A stretch of 64,000 nt of DNA, from positions 32,001-96,000 of the forward strand of contig CAVTCR010000071.1 in assembly GCA_963733195.1 (NCBI GenBank), read 5' to 3'. Under the pieces are notes generated by a model that saw nothing but the letters and a program-made list of their open reading frames with translations, did no database searches and was not told the DNA's origin. Below are positions 11,840 through 24,502 of this stretch, one piece after another; within the stretch, counting starts at the first letter, position 1, and every line of letters starts with the position of its first letter. The DNA is from an uncultured delta proteobacterium (GTDB lineage Bacteria > Desulfobacterota > Binatia > Bin18). Position numbers and translations under genes: made by a program.

Positions 11840-12877
11840 ATGATAAAAGTTTCTGTCGTGATGCCGGTGTACAACGTCGAGCGCTATATTGAACAGGCAG
11901 TAAAGTCAGTTTTCGCGCAGAGCTTTCATGATTTTGAGCTGTTAATTATTGACGATTGTTCTCCAGATCAGAGTATCGATATTTGTCGCAGCTTTCACGA
12001 TAGTCGAATGCAGATCATAGTGCATCGAGAAAATAGAGGGCTGGCCGGTGCTCGGAATACAGCCATCCGCCATGCAGCGGGCGAGTATCTTGCCTTCTTA
12101 GATTCAGATGATGCCTGGCATCCACACAAGCTCGAACGTCACGTCGCGCATTTGGATCAGAATCCTCAGGTCGGTATTAGCTTTAGCCGATCGCAATTCA
12201 TGACGCCGACTGGAGAACTCACCAAGTACTATCAAATGCCGAAATTGACCGGGATCGATAGCGCGCATTGTTTGTGTCGAAACCCAGTCGGGAACGGATC
12301 AGCTCCGGTCATTCGCCGGGCGGCGCTACAAGCGATTTGCTATCAGGATGGTCGTTATGGGGAGATGGAAAACCGCTATTTCGACGAAGACCTCCGACAG
12401 TCTGAAGACATCGAATGCTGGATTAAAATTCTGTTCTCCTGAGATCTCCGTATGGAGGGCATTCCTGAAGCGCTTACGTATTATCGACTCAACACCGGTG
12501 GTCTTTCGGCGCAGTTACATCGGCAGTTGGCGTCATGGGAGTCCATGTTGGAGAAAACGCGAAAGCGCGCACCAGCGCTCGTTGCCGCCTGGGAGCGCCT
12601 AGCACGTGCCTATCAGTTACGGTACTTAGGTCGCCAAGCAATTCGCCTGAAGGACGGTAAGGCAGCAGTACATTTTGTGAATCAAGCCTTAGCAACCCAC
12701 TGGTCTATTCTTGGCACCGAGCCAGGGCGCACCCTGAGTACGCTCGCTGCAGCCTATTTACTGCGCGTGCTCCCGACCTCGATGTATCACGCAGCTGAAG
12801 CAGCCGCGCACGCTATTATTGGCGGCTTTCAGGGACGCAGTATTACGAATGATGTCGCCCAAACCACTTATCTGTGA
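11840..12877 (+). CDS. Glycosyltransferase family 2, frameshift near 12430
   Basis: VSVVMPVYN, IIDDCS, FLDSDD, SEDIECW; continues in ORF 12452..12877. Confidence 0.88.
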
Positions 12878-13125
12878 ACAGATCGGCGTCCTCTGCCCCT
12901 AACAGACAGCTGTTTCTCTACCCTACGGAACTTAAGTTCTGCATCTCCAGACGAAAGTAATGGAATCAAGGCTCATCACTACGGCGATTCCGGACACATC
13001 ATACAGAAAAACCGACCTGGGTTCGGAACATCAGGAGCGACATAGGCAACCACCATTGGAAGTACCCTCCTCATCAGCCAAAAAGGGAATGGCAATATAT
13101 CCCGCAAATCTTTTGCAATGAAGCA

Positions 13126-15062
13126 CTATTGGACCTCCTCTTTTACATTACGGGTCCAGTCTCCAAGACATACGCCTCTCCTCTCTCCCTCGCTTTCCGG
13201 GTCTGAGTTATACTGAAGTTTTTTTTCTCTTCTCCGCGACGGACACTCCAGTAATAGACTCAATAATGTGGTTAAGCGGAAGAAATCATAAGGAGAGTCC
13301 GCCCATTTTTCCAGAGGAACCTGCCAGGGTAACGTCCCCAAACATGAGTGAGGAGTTCACGATCGTTGTGGGATGCCGCCTCCAATATAGACTTCAGTGT
13401 AGGGCTATTGCGAACATACCAGCTTAAATTGGGCCACGATCCTTGGGTGGTTAACTCTTGTGAGTTGCCTTTTGATATGAGTCCGAGTCGACGTCGGCAC
13501 CAATCTCTGCCATAGACGATTAATTTTTCCCACACTGAAGCCCCTGGTCGCCAACCGAAATTCGCATCAATGATGGGGCCATGACACATGTGTCTCACCA
13601 CGAGTCCCCATAATCTGGCGTTGAGTTTCCACTGTGGTCGCATACGGCTGTAACACTCAGCGATCGCACGGTCGGCAAAAAACGAGTCATAGGGAAAGAC
13701 GCGATACATGATTTGCCCAGACAGCGCGCAGGCATAGGAAGCTGGTCTCACTCGTCGATCCTCCGCCTGCAACCAATCTCGTTCCGATTTGTGGTGATTC
13801 ATCGTGCCAGCAAACCATTCTGTGATTCGGTCTTTGATTTGCGACTCGAGCGCCGCTGGAGCAGGAGGAGATTGATAACCTGTGTATGGCAAAAAGCTAT
13901 CCGCTCGTTGAGTTCTGAAGCGATAGTAAGGAAGTTGTCGCCCAATGATCGGTCCATACTGTCGATCTAACGCTATTCCCTTAAAGAGCAGATCTGCCGT
14001 GCACGCAGCAAGAACTGTCCGCGTGCCGAGCTGCTGGAGAAAGTCACGGGTACCGAGAAAATGATTATCTTCCAAAGACCACATCGCTCCTGATATGCGG
14101 ACCCCTGGCTGCATCCATCGTGGATAGTAGTCGTCATCTCGCGCGAAGCCTTGGTAATAGTACGCCAGCTGCTACACAGAGCTGTTCCGCAATTGCCGAT
14201 TCATGATTTGGTACATCGTAGAGGTTGATTCCGTACATGACCGATGGGTCGGCAGCCGCAAAGAGAAGGAGTCGAGAATCCAATCCTCCACTCGTATAGC
14301 TGACAATAGGTGCAAGGCGTGGCAAGGTGCGAATGCGAATCGCGCTGGTCATTGCGTCTCTCAGCGTGTCGACTGCGACCTGTAATGTAGGGAATGACCG
14401 ACCTCAAACGGCTGCCAATACTGACGTTGACTACACGTATGAGTAACCAGATTCCAACTCCAATGAGTCGCGGCTCCGGCACATTTAATTTCATTGTAAT
14501 AGGTGTGAGGTGGAGTCGCCTGCCATTCTTTGAGGAATTCTGCCATCGAGCAATAGTCTGGCGAGGTTTGTACCGCCCTGTCAGCAGCAATGGCATCGGC
14601 AAACGTCGCAATCACAACACCCTACGCCCTGTTCAGCACGATAGAGAAACACCGGGTGATAGCCGAAATGATCAGTCAACAAATGTAGTGTCTGTTGTCG
14701 TGGGTCCCAAATCAGCAGTACGGCAGATCCGTTATGACGTTCGACGGCCTTTACCCCTCCTTTCAGGTACTGATCTAAAAGGAGGCGATTGCTCAAACCA
14801 CCTGTATACTTATGCAAACTTTCAGCCTGTCGCCAATCAGGTTCATCCCAAGCAACGCGCCCGGCAGTCACGACTCGTACTCCCGTCGACGAGTGGTATG
14901 CAGGTCCGAATAACATTGGTGGATCGTGACTGACCCACGCAATTGCGAGTTTTTGCTCGGCAATGATTTCGACAGACTCCTCAGGGAAGAACGTGAGCCG
15001 TTCAGCCGCCCCTGGATACGTTCATGACTGCTCTGTCCTAAAATTACGTATAGCCCAGCCAC
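13126..15062 (-). CDS. Asparagine synthase-like amidotransferase of the EPS locus; several frameshifts, ends approximate
   Basis: Fragments give a GATase-like part (LLTDHFGYHPVF) and the SGGLDSRLL ATP-pyrophosphatase motif; GTG start at 15062 preceded by GAGAGG. Confidence 0.65.
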
Positions 15063-15084
15063 TGCAAACCTCTCGTCTGTTCTC

Positions 15085-16328
15085 TTAGTTGCCGCCGCAA
15101 GCACGTGTCGACTGGCGGCTACTGTAAATATAGGAAGTATCACCACATGGGTAAGCAAAACTGCGGTAGCGACACCGAAGATTTGCCACTGCACGCCAAT
15201 GAGGAGCGCGACGACAAAAATAACTGTAAAAGCGAGGTTCCAGGCAACGTCCCTCTGTGGCTTATCGATCAGCCATAAGCCCTGTGATGCAGCTTTAGCA
15301 AACGGCCGCGGTATGGCTGACAAGCAAATGAGTATTAAGACCGGAATAGCCGGAATCCATTTGGGATCAAAAACCAGTGGCAATAATCGGCGCTAAACTC
15401 GATTGTAGTGTTACAAGAGGAATAATAATCCAGGCAATCGTTTTCAAACTACCAAGATATGTGTGGCGAAATTTGTCGGGATCGGAGCGAGCACCACTCA
15501 GGTGAGGGTATAATGCCGAGTCAATTGCATTTATCGCACTCATACTGATTCCTAATCCGGCATTAAAGGCAAAATAATAGACCCCTAATGCTTGAATACC
15601 TAAGAAAGACCCAACGACAATATAGTCCACATGATCTCTCACCGTCGTCAATATTTCCACGCCGAACACACTGCGACCAAACGTAAACAGCTCTCGCCAG
15701 CGGGTTAACGTAAATCTCTTCGGTGGGGACCACTGGTGATTCCACCGATGAATAAGGACCCAGATCGGGGTTACCAAAACTTTAGGGAGAATAATCGCCC
15801 ACATCCGAACCCGAAGAAGGCAAGGCCCATGGTGAGGAGATTGTCGCTCGACACTTGTAACGCGTTAGCGATTGCCAATACCTGCAAGCGATTTTCGCGC
15901 TGGATAAGCGAGGCATGGACGAGTGCTGGTGGCAGGAGCAGATACACCACTGCCAACGTACAAATTGGCAGCACGATCTGAGGATCGTTATAGACCCAGG
16001 CGACCGGAAGTGCCACTCCACACTGCAAAACAAAGAGAGATCCATACACAATCCAATTCATCCAGAATGCGGTCTGGCAATGCTCTTCGAGTTGTTCAGC
16101 GTCGACTTGAATAAGCTTGGCCCAAATCCCATTCTTGGTAAAGACATTGACAAATTCATTCGTAGTAAGAACAAGTGCTGCGAGGCCGTAGTCGTATGGT
16201 GTTAAGAGCTTTGCCAATACGATCGTCGTCGCGAGTCGAAAGACGCGGATACACAGCTGTGCCGCACCAAGCCAGCCAATGTTGCGGACAAAGCGGTTGG
16301 AAAGTCGCTGTTGAAGGAACTGAAGCAA
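15085..16328 (-). CDS. wzx: Wzx-type polysaccharide flippase, frameshifted
   Basis: LAKLLTPYDYGL, DYIVVGSFLGIQALGVYYFAF; hydrophobic fragments in ORFs 15771, 15367 and 14868. Confidence 0.8.
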
Positions 16329-16370
16329 CTTGTGTCCTCTTAGTTATTGGAAATGGACTTTCCGAGACGG

Positions 16371-17365
16371 CTACACCCTCGCTGCCATCTTCCACAACAG
16401 CGATTGCCAGAGAGACAGAGACGTCTCCCAACTATGACGGGTTTCTTCGCGGCCATTCTGGCCCCAGGTCTGTAATTGCTGAGGTGACGTGTTGACGAAT
16501 TGCGTAATTGCTGGTGCTAACACGGCTGGGTCACTCGATGATACTAACATTCCACAGGACTGCACTTGCTCAGAGAGACCATCGACAGCTGTCGCAAGGA
16601 CTGGCTTGGCTGCGGCTTTTGCTTCGACACAGACAATCCCCCAGGGTTCCAATCGTGACGGGATAACCACCCCGTCACACTGTCCTAAAAACTCAGGAAG
16701 ATTGCGAACCAGGCCACAAAACTCAATACTGCTTTGATCATGTGCGAGCTGTTTGAGTGTCTCTTCCTCAGGCCCATAGCCACCAATGCGCAGACGTAGA
16801 GTGTGAGAAGAGAGTCGTCGCATGGCCTCGATCAAGTCGCCGAATCCTTTGGCAGGGACGAAGCGACCATACGTTGCCAATACCATAGGTGAGGCGATCG
16901 TTCGCACAGGAAGTTGGAATAGCTCGTCCAAGACTTGGCTCTGTTGGATCACAGCTACCCGCTCAGGTGCAGCAAGCTTGTTTTCCAGCATCCACCGCGC
17001 TTGCCCGTGTGAAACTGCAACCACCTGGTCAGCGAGGCGGTAGAAAATCCTCAGCATAAAACGAAAGCGGCTCTTGGCAGGCACGTTCCAGCGTTCGAAA
17101 CCGCCGGAATAATGATGCTCATGAATGAGGATCTTACCTTTGTGTCTCTTAAGGTTAAGAAACTGCGGCAAGGAGCGCCAATTACACGGGTTATGCACAA
17201 TAATGGCGGCGAATGACTGTTGCTGTAGGAGCGTCTTTGCTTCATTGTTATTGGCTACGGAAAAACGAAATTCCTCTTGCAGCCGAGACTTGATGAGACA
17301 GGTTAACTGGTGTTGATGCCGCCGATCCGCCGATCATTCAAGACATGCAAGATTTCTGGTTTCAT
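16371..17365 (-). CDS. Glycosyltransferase family 4, frameshifted at the 5' end
   Basis: PSRLEPWGIVCVEAKAA (EX7E) motif; N-terminus MKPEILHVLNDRRIGG read from 17365. Confidence 0.85.
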
Positions 17366-18629
17366 AGTGTGGCACTCGGTATCTCTTCGTTCAACGCGGC
17401 GCCTATAATCAGCAGCGCTGGCCAGAACAAATAGGCCAAAAATTTCGATATTCTCGCCAAAGGTATACAGAAAAGAGGATCAGCAGAAGGGCCAAACCTA
17501 CTGAGGCTAAGCGGCTCGACTGCGCGCGAATCACAAGAGTCACAAACGTCCAAACAGAGGAAGCGCGAGCGCAACGAAGCCAACGATTCCCTTTATAAAG
17601 AGGAGACCGTACCACGTATGGTGTGAGCCGATCGCCATGAACTCCACGAGATGAGGACCAGGTTCCTGAATACCATGGCCCCATCCTGGGGCTTCGTGCC
17701 AACGATCGAAAGCAATGCGCGCGAGGGTCGCACGCACACGTGACGAGGCCGGACGCATCCCACGAAAAGCTTCTTTGAGGGTTTCTCCTATTTGGACAAT
17801 CTCAGTGCCAACGAGGCCAACAAACGTCGACGCCGTAGCGGTAGCAAAATACAACGAAGGTTGCGTTAAGCGATCAGGAGACGGGCGAACACCCACACGG
17901 ATAGCAGCGCGATCACCGCCATACGGGACTTGGAAAGGAGAATCATGATGACACTTCCTGTGATTCCCACCCATTTCCATTTCCACTGTCGCTCTTCAAG
18001 GACAAAGATGAAGTACATATTGGCAACGAATCCTGTCGCTGGCGCCCAAGAAGTGAAGAACAGCCAGCGTACTCCACCGCCTGCATCTCCTTCGTAGAGC
18101 ATCACTGTGAAAAACATGGGGCCTGGTCCACCTACAATTTCTAACGGGGAGACATAGAGAGTCTGCGGGAGATGCAGTAGATAGGCGCCGATAAACAGCG
18201 GCAAGAGTAACAACGTGTGGAAACACACCACTGCACATGCCCGGTAGATCACTTGTGGACGTACAGGAAGACATCCAACCAGCAGAAAGATGGCGAACAG
18301 CGCCCATCCCTTGGCCCAGCCGACAGCAGACTTGATTAGCTTCGCTATCCCGAGTTCAAAATTGAGATGTCCTACAACTAGAGCCACCAGCATCAGAAGC
18401 ATGCCGATGACCCACACCCACACCGCCATGGGCGGGCGCCCAATGTGGAGCATGAGATCGGTTGGCGTCGGCCACAGATAACGGACAGCAGTCGCAGAAC
18501 CAGTATCCACGCAAGGACAGGTGCAACAATATAGACAGCACCGATCGCATAGAATACGTAGGTCCCGGTAATCGCGTACCAGATTACACGTTCTTCAAAA
18601 TTTTCTGGCGTAATACGTGGCGGTGCCAT
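17362..18629 (-). CDS. O-antigen ligase/Wzy-like polymerase, multiple frameshifts
   Basis: Multi-TM fragments, SKSRMA motif, GWGHG...GSHHTWYGLL motif; position in the EPS locus. Confidence 0.7.
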
Positions 18630-20055
18630 AAGAGATGCGAAACCAATCAACGTCAAAATCGAGCCACAGGTTGCCCCGAGCAAAGCCAGGACGTGCTTGA
18701 GGGAGTCGGGTTGCTTCGGGCGCGTAGGTGCAGCAAGGACTTGCACGAGCGGATACGAGGTAAAGGGATTGGATTTCCCTAGGTCTAACTGGGCCAGGGC
18801 GGAGGTAAAGATGACGGTTGCAACCTGATGCTGGCGGTTCAGATCAGCCAGACCAGCGGCAGCTTCACTATTTTGCTGTAAGCGTCCTTCTAATTCTTGT
18901 AGGGTCCGCTGGAGGGTATCAACTTGGGCAGCAACGCCATGCTTCTCAGCATCAGCTGTGATAAGTTCCTGTAACAACTGGCCCCGTTTATCGACATCAT
19001 GACTGAGTAACAACTGGACACGTTCGTCCTGCGCAAGTAAAGGATGTCCAAGTAATGATTCGCCACGTTGGAGCATCGCGCTACGCGCTTGCTGCACCTG
19101 CCCCTGCACCGTGATGACTTCAGGATGTTGGGCTCCCCATTTGCCGTTATACTCAGCAAACTTTGTTTCAGCCTTAGTATAGTCGGTCAGGTATTGTTGA
19201 AAGAGTGGATCTGCTTGTAGAAGCAAAGTATCGGCGGCTAATTGTGGCGATACTCGTAAACTCGTCTGTCAGCTGTGCCGTCCGCTGTTCTGCTGTTGGT
19301 ACTGGGCGTGCAAAAGTGCGAATTCTTTCCGGAGTTGTTCAATCGAAATTGTCAGTTCTTTCAGCTGATCGAGTGATGTCAGTTTCGAGTCACTCTGGTA
19401 GGCAAATATTCTGTTGCGTATCGTCCAGTTTTTTCTGAAACCCTTGCAATAAGAGCCGGACAACGTCACCATGTCGTTGAGTTTCGTCATCCGTAACTGC
19501 TGCAACTGATCTTGTAGTGATACCGTGATGCAAGCGCTTTCTGGTAGGCCTGTTCTGCACTGTCTCTTTAATACTGAAGTACATAAGAGAAGTCGGGTCA
19601 ACGAGTTTGATCTTGGGCTTACCAAATGTTTCGACGTTAAGATTCATTGCCTGCGCCGCATGATTGAGTACCGGTTCGCTCTCGGCGATGGCTTTATAAG
19701 TGACCTTCGGGTCAAGGGAGGAACTGAGTACGGAGAGTTGGTTCAGGCTGCGGCCTGCCCAAGATTATCCAAATGAATCGAAGAACAGTCCCGGCACCAG
19801 GGAGAATTAGCGTCCATCTGCAGGTATACGTCGGAGCTCTGAATCGGAGGAGGAACAAAACCGGAAGCCATAGAGAGAAATCGTTCCAACGATTGCCGCA
19901 CCATATCGCTGAGGACGCCGCCAACTACGCACATCCAGTCTGGCCAGCGCTGGGCGGAGAGACGTGGCATCGATGCTGGGGAGGAAGGAGAAATCGTTCG
20001 CCGTCGCGTCTGCCACTGCCATTGCCACGCGATTGCTGCCTTTGCTTCGTTTCAT
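18584..20055 (-). CDS. GumC/Wzc-like polysaccharide co-polymerase, frameshifted
   Basis: N-terminal TM, long coiled coil, AQHPEVI, C-terminal APTRP followed by TM; no tyrosine kinase domain. Confidence 0.7.
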
Positions 20056-20101
20056 CTTGTTCCCGGCTGGTCTTCTCATGTGAAACGTCCAGTATGTTGT
20101 C

Positions 20102-21390
20102 CTAGGGCAGCACACTCCGCATTGTGAGTGGGAACAAAACATCAGCGACCGTGCGAGCGACATCGCGGACGCTGGTCATTGTCGAGTCGTAACACGGATC
20201 GCGTCTCCTGAGAGCAAATATGGATTAAACTTATCTCGATGAGCATCGCGAATGAGCTGTTCGACCAAGCGTTCGATAACCTCAGTCTTGCCCGTGAGAG
20301 GATTACGACTCGCCAAGACGACATAGCGACTCCCGTTAGTGGCAGGTGTCCCGCCTACGAAGTTGGCCGCGACTGCTCCTTGGAGCAACCGTAGTCCTAT
20401 GGCATATGGGCCGTATCACGGTGATGGCTGAGACTGAGTTTCCGGTAGCGGGAACTGTCAAATTCGACATATAGATGGCGATGCCTGGTGGGGTAATCTG
20501 GCTAGGTCGCACGAGGGAGTGCTGAAACTCTCCAGTCGAGCCCACAATGACCTGATCTCCAGCCGCGAGCGGCGGATCTGTGACTTTTATTCCATGGATA
20601 ATGCCTGACAGATCAAGCAATCTAATACCGAGCACTGCGAACAATGACGATACGACGAAGATCTGCATCCGGACGAACCCCCCCAGCCGCCTGTAACGCC
20701 ACGGTTAAGGTACGCCGTGGCGCATAGTCACCACCTGCTTGTGTTACTTGCTGCGCACGTTCTTCAGCCTCTCGGTTATTCAGCAGTACCTGCCCAGGCT
20801 CAAAAACCGCCCCGGCAACGTACGCCTGAATCGGCCCCCAGGATAACTGCCGCACACTAACCTTAACAAAGTGTTTCTTGAACAAACCTTCGTCGACGAG
20901 TGCGTGCGTCAGTATTTGCTCTACATCATGAATCGTGCGTCCGCTCATCTTATGTGGCTTGAGGTAGGGAAGCTGCAAGGTACCATCAAGGTTCACTTCG
21001 TAATCGCCGTTCAGTAGTTCACCATCGACAACACGAATACGCACACGGTCCCCTGGTGATAACGGAAGGTCATCGGTCAGCCCCTCTTGCGCTTCGCTCA
21101 TAAACATCTTGTCTGTGGCGGAATCAGTAAAAGCAATGCGAGAAGAGCCTGCGTAGCGTTGATAGGGGTGAGACTCATCATAATACTGAGGGTCCGGACC
21201 AAGGGTTTCACGGTACACGTGGACTCGCTCACCTGGATTCTGCTTCTCCGGGCTATAAAACTGCCCATTGGCAAGGTTGTTAGCGGGAGGGATAGCGTGG
21301 AGAGTGCATCCCTCGATTGCCCACAGGTAAGCAAAGAAGAGAAACGCTACAGCCGATTGGCGATGTGACTGACCTCTTCTCCAGCAAACT
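20102..21390 (-). CDS. Wza/SypC-like polysaccharide export protein with SLBB repeats; frameshifted, start approximate
   Basis: PLSPGDRVRI...YEVNLDGTLQLPY Poly_export motif, VAGAVFEPG, ALQAAGGV. Confidence 0.8.
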
Positions 21391-21437
21391 CCGGGAATAC
21401 TAGAGCAGGGCGTATTTTGGTGTTGGGTGTTCACCGA

Positions 21438-21519
21438 TGAGATTGTTTCGTCGCTCTGCTTCTCACAATGACTCCAAGAGTCGTCATTGCGTGCGACTGC
21501 CAAGGAGCGAAGCAATCTC
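21438..21519. repeat. Pair of REP-like palindromes (GAGATTG...CAATGAC and GTCATTGC...GCAATCTC)
   Basis: Inverted arrangement; resembles elements at 27600, 28153 and 46625. Confidence 0.6.
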
Positions 21520-21570
21520 ATCCCGTACAGGCGGACGAAAACTACTACAGTGCGCCAACCGTTCTTCACG

Positions 21571-23097
21571 TCACGACTCCTCACCACCTCTAACCAGACG
21601 CCTGAGGTAGCCTAGAACCAACTTCACATCATGGCGAAAACTTGACTGCACCGCGTAAAACGCCTCGGCAGAGTACAGCTCATCATCGCTTGTGACTCCT
21701 CCATACTGCACCTGAGCTTCTGTGATCATGCCAACCTTGCTTTGGAGGTACAGGGCTCGCCAATCAGGAGGGAGTTTGTCGATCTTCCTCCTTCGTTCGC
21801 GGTGTGACACCGACAAAGTGCAACTCCCCTTTGGCAATGTTGACAAGCGCAGGAAGAACGTTCAGCAATAGAGAGCGCAGTCCGGGTTTCTGTCCTCTCC
21901 CGTCTGTCGCGTGTATACTCCCAGTCGGGCAGAAACTCCACAACCAGAACGTGTTCCAGCGCGACTGCCCGGGTGAGACAGGCAAACGTACGACTTCCGT
22001 GCGAAACAGTACCGGCCCGTGCCGTATCACTTTAAGGTATAGAGCTGTCACTAACAGTATTGGCCACAGTACAGCGAGTAAGAAAATAGCTCCTGCCCGA
22101 GAGAGAAATGCCTGGACATTTTGTGACAAACTTTGGTCGAGTAAGCTACCAAGAATGAAATCATCGAGAACAGTCACCTCAGATCCGACCCGAACGTTTA
22201 CCAAACGGTTGCGATCGACAAGAGTGTCAGCCAGTTCCAGGCCTTCTCCGACATAACTTCCCGGTAACACAACCGATTGCATGATTGCTGACTGAGGATT
22301 GATGACACAATTACGTCCGAGTACTGCATGAGGTCCGAGTTGAACATGTTCTTCCACCCAACAGTTCTCGCCGATATAGACGGGTGGAATAATGCGGGCA
22401 GTCGGATGGAGCCGCACGTTTCGCGAGACCCATACCCCAGACTCGATCTCTCGACCTTTGAGCCTGAGGCCGGAAAACTGTTTTGCCAGGACAGCCTGAT
22501 GCGCAATGAGCAGTTCACTACAAGACTCGACACTAAGCGGTTTGGGTACCTCCACTAATCTCCTTGCTGGTGCCCTAACGCCCAGAGCCGCGTGGCAAAC
22601 CTTGCGTTATCATCTTCGTTTGCGAGTTGAGTCAGCGCAGTTCCAGATAGCCAGGCCCACCCCGTCCATTGCGTTTGTTGGTCAGGAGCATCGTCTTGAT
22701 TAAGCCAGAAATAGACAACAGGGCCACGCTGCTTCGTGAGCAACGGGTTGGTCTGCGCAAGGAGCACTTGAGGCAAGCGATCAGCATGAACCAGGAGAAT
22801 AGACTCTTCTGCATTCCCCAGAGGTAACGCCTTAATGACCGACAACGGCCGCGACGCCTCTCTGGCCAAGTGGAAACGAAATGTACTGCCCCAGCGAGTA
22901 CCGTCCCCAAGAAACTGCTCGATCTTCTCCGGGAAATGGCTCAGGATAAAGTCAAATTCACTCACTCCTTGATCAACCAGAAATTCAACAACGTGTTGAA
23001 TAAAAGGACGATCAACAAGTGGGAGGAGAAGGGCCGGAGAGTATGTGTTCAACGGATTGTCGGGACAATACCCAGTGGCGACAAGGAGCGCTTTCAT
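21571..23097 (-). CDS. Degenerate NDP-sugar pyrophosphorylase (NTP_transferase + left-handed beta helix) joined to a PGT-like domain; probably one frameshifted gene
   Basis: LLPLVDRPFIQHVVE...GDGTRWG; hexapeptide repeats; LPALVNIAKGELHFVG and KVGMITE PGT-like tail; breaks near 22555 and 21790. Confidence 0.7.
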
Positions 23098-23104
23098 AGT
23101 GACA

Positions 23105-24502
23105 TCAGTCCCCGTTGGTTCGATAGCGAAGAAGTCGTATCAGGAACATCGCATTGCCAACGATGTATCTCTTCCACATACGTTGGGGTTCTTGGCACAA
23201 GCGATAGAGCCACTCTCCCCCAACTTCACGTAGCCATTGTGGGGCACGTGGAATCCGACCTGAGTAGAAATCAAAAAGCCCACCAACACCAAGAGCGACC
23301 TTGACGCCGGTAGCCTCGAGGTGGCGATGAATCCACTTTTCTTGTCGGGGAACTCCGAGTGCGACAAGGAGCAAAGTTGCTTTGGAGTCAGCAATTTGCT
23401 GAACGACGGTGTGTTCTTCAGTGGGCAAAAAGTAGCCGTGATGCCATCCGCAGATGGCTACCGCTGGGTAATGGTCGCTGATCCATTGCTGGACCTTTTC
23501 CGGAACTCCCGGTTGTCCGCCAAGCAAGAACACACGGTGCTGCGTGTGAGATAGCGCAGCACAGAGCCGTGGGAACAAATCTGTTCCATTCACGTTCTGT
23601 TTAATTTCCTGGCCAAGAAGTTTACCGGCGATCTTTATGCCAATGCCGTCAGCCAAAGCGAGGTCCGCGTGTTGAAGGATCTGGAGATACTCGGGATCAT
23701 GGTATGCAATGTTGGCGCAGTGTGGATTTACAAAGTAGACCTTGTGTGCTTCGTTTTGGTCACACATTGTTTTTATCGTTTCCACAGTGTCACTCATCGT
23801 CAGGTTGTGCAACGTGATGCCCAGGAGGTTGACACGATCTGGAGCTATGGAGAGACCTCGACCATACAGGAAGGTGGGAACTGCACGCAGGGCAAGACCC
23901 ACGTCTCCCCCGACAGTCTGATTCTCGACATACTCTCGGTCTGCCTCACTCTCGGTTTCATAATTGATATTCGCCCGGCTGCGAACCCACCAGAGACAGA
24001 CCAGTCCAGGACGCACGTCATACCGTGCACGTGTTACATGCTCACGAGGAGACAGCTCTCCTGGTGCGACAGCACGTGGTCCGATAAAGGAGAGGTCTCC
24101 TTTGAGGATATTAAGCAAGAGAGGTAAGTGCACGAGCTTACCTGCCCGCAGCAGACTCCCGACATAGTTATTTGGCGTAGAAAATTCGTAGGCAGAGAAT
24201 GACTCACACCAGCGTCCGACTTTCGCAACTGAGCGGAAGATAGCGGCCCCGTGCGCTTTCAGTACTATACCAATAAGAAAGAACAGCGGGGCGAACGCGA
24301 CCAACAGAACCAAAGCAACACAGAAATCGGTCGTCCGCTTGATGGCTGCTCCTGCTTGAACCAGGATGAGCCAATAAATGCGATAGAAGAAACGCCTGAG
24401 GCGCTGACGTTTCGTCCATCCTGGAGAATCAAACGAGGCAGTCTCGATAGGGTACAGTCTGTCGACGACCTCATATGGAGGAGTATGAAGTTGATTCTCC
24501 AA
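23105..24502 (-). CDS. PGT-like domain fused to a WecB/TagA/CpsF glycosyltransferase
   Basis: KRTTDF...KGDLSFIGPR...RPGLV, then ADGIG, NGTDL, ALGVPRQE, GVGGLFD, RAPQW. Confidence 0.9.
   Translation of the reverse strand: MENQLHTPPYEVVDRLYPIETASFDSPGWTKRQRLRRFFYRIYWLILVQAGAAIKRTTDFCVALVLLVAFAPLFFLIGIVLKAHGAAIFRSVAKVGRWCESFSAYEFSTPNNYVGSLLRAGKLVHLPLLLNILKGDLSFIGPRAVAPGELSPREHVTRARYDVRPGLVCLWWVRSRANINYETESEADREYVENQTVGGDVGLALRAVPTFLYGRGLSIAPDRVNLLGITLHNLTMSDTVETIKTMCDQNEAHKVYFVNPHCANIAYHDPEYLQILQHADLALADGIGIKIAGKLLGQEIKQNVNGTDLFPRLCAALSHTQHRVFLLGGQPGVPEKVQQWISDHYPAVAICGWHHGYFLPTEEHTVVQQIADSKATLLLVALGVPRQEKWIHRHLEATGVKVALGVGGLFDFYSGRIPRAPQWLREVGGEWLYRLCQEPQRMWKRYIVGNAMFLIRLLRYRTNGD

Noticed and set aside
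14868-15383. Apparent 171-aa protein
   Set aside because: Artefact joining the Wzx C-terminus to the start of the next gene
18393-19226. Apparent co-polymerase/ligase fusion
   Set aside because: The alternative frame gives a normal stop at 18584, and the ligase has its own ATG at 18629
21390-21587. Long N-terminal extension of the Wza-like ORF
   Set aside because: It is read-through across REP-like repeats
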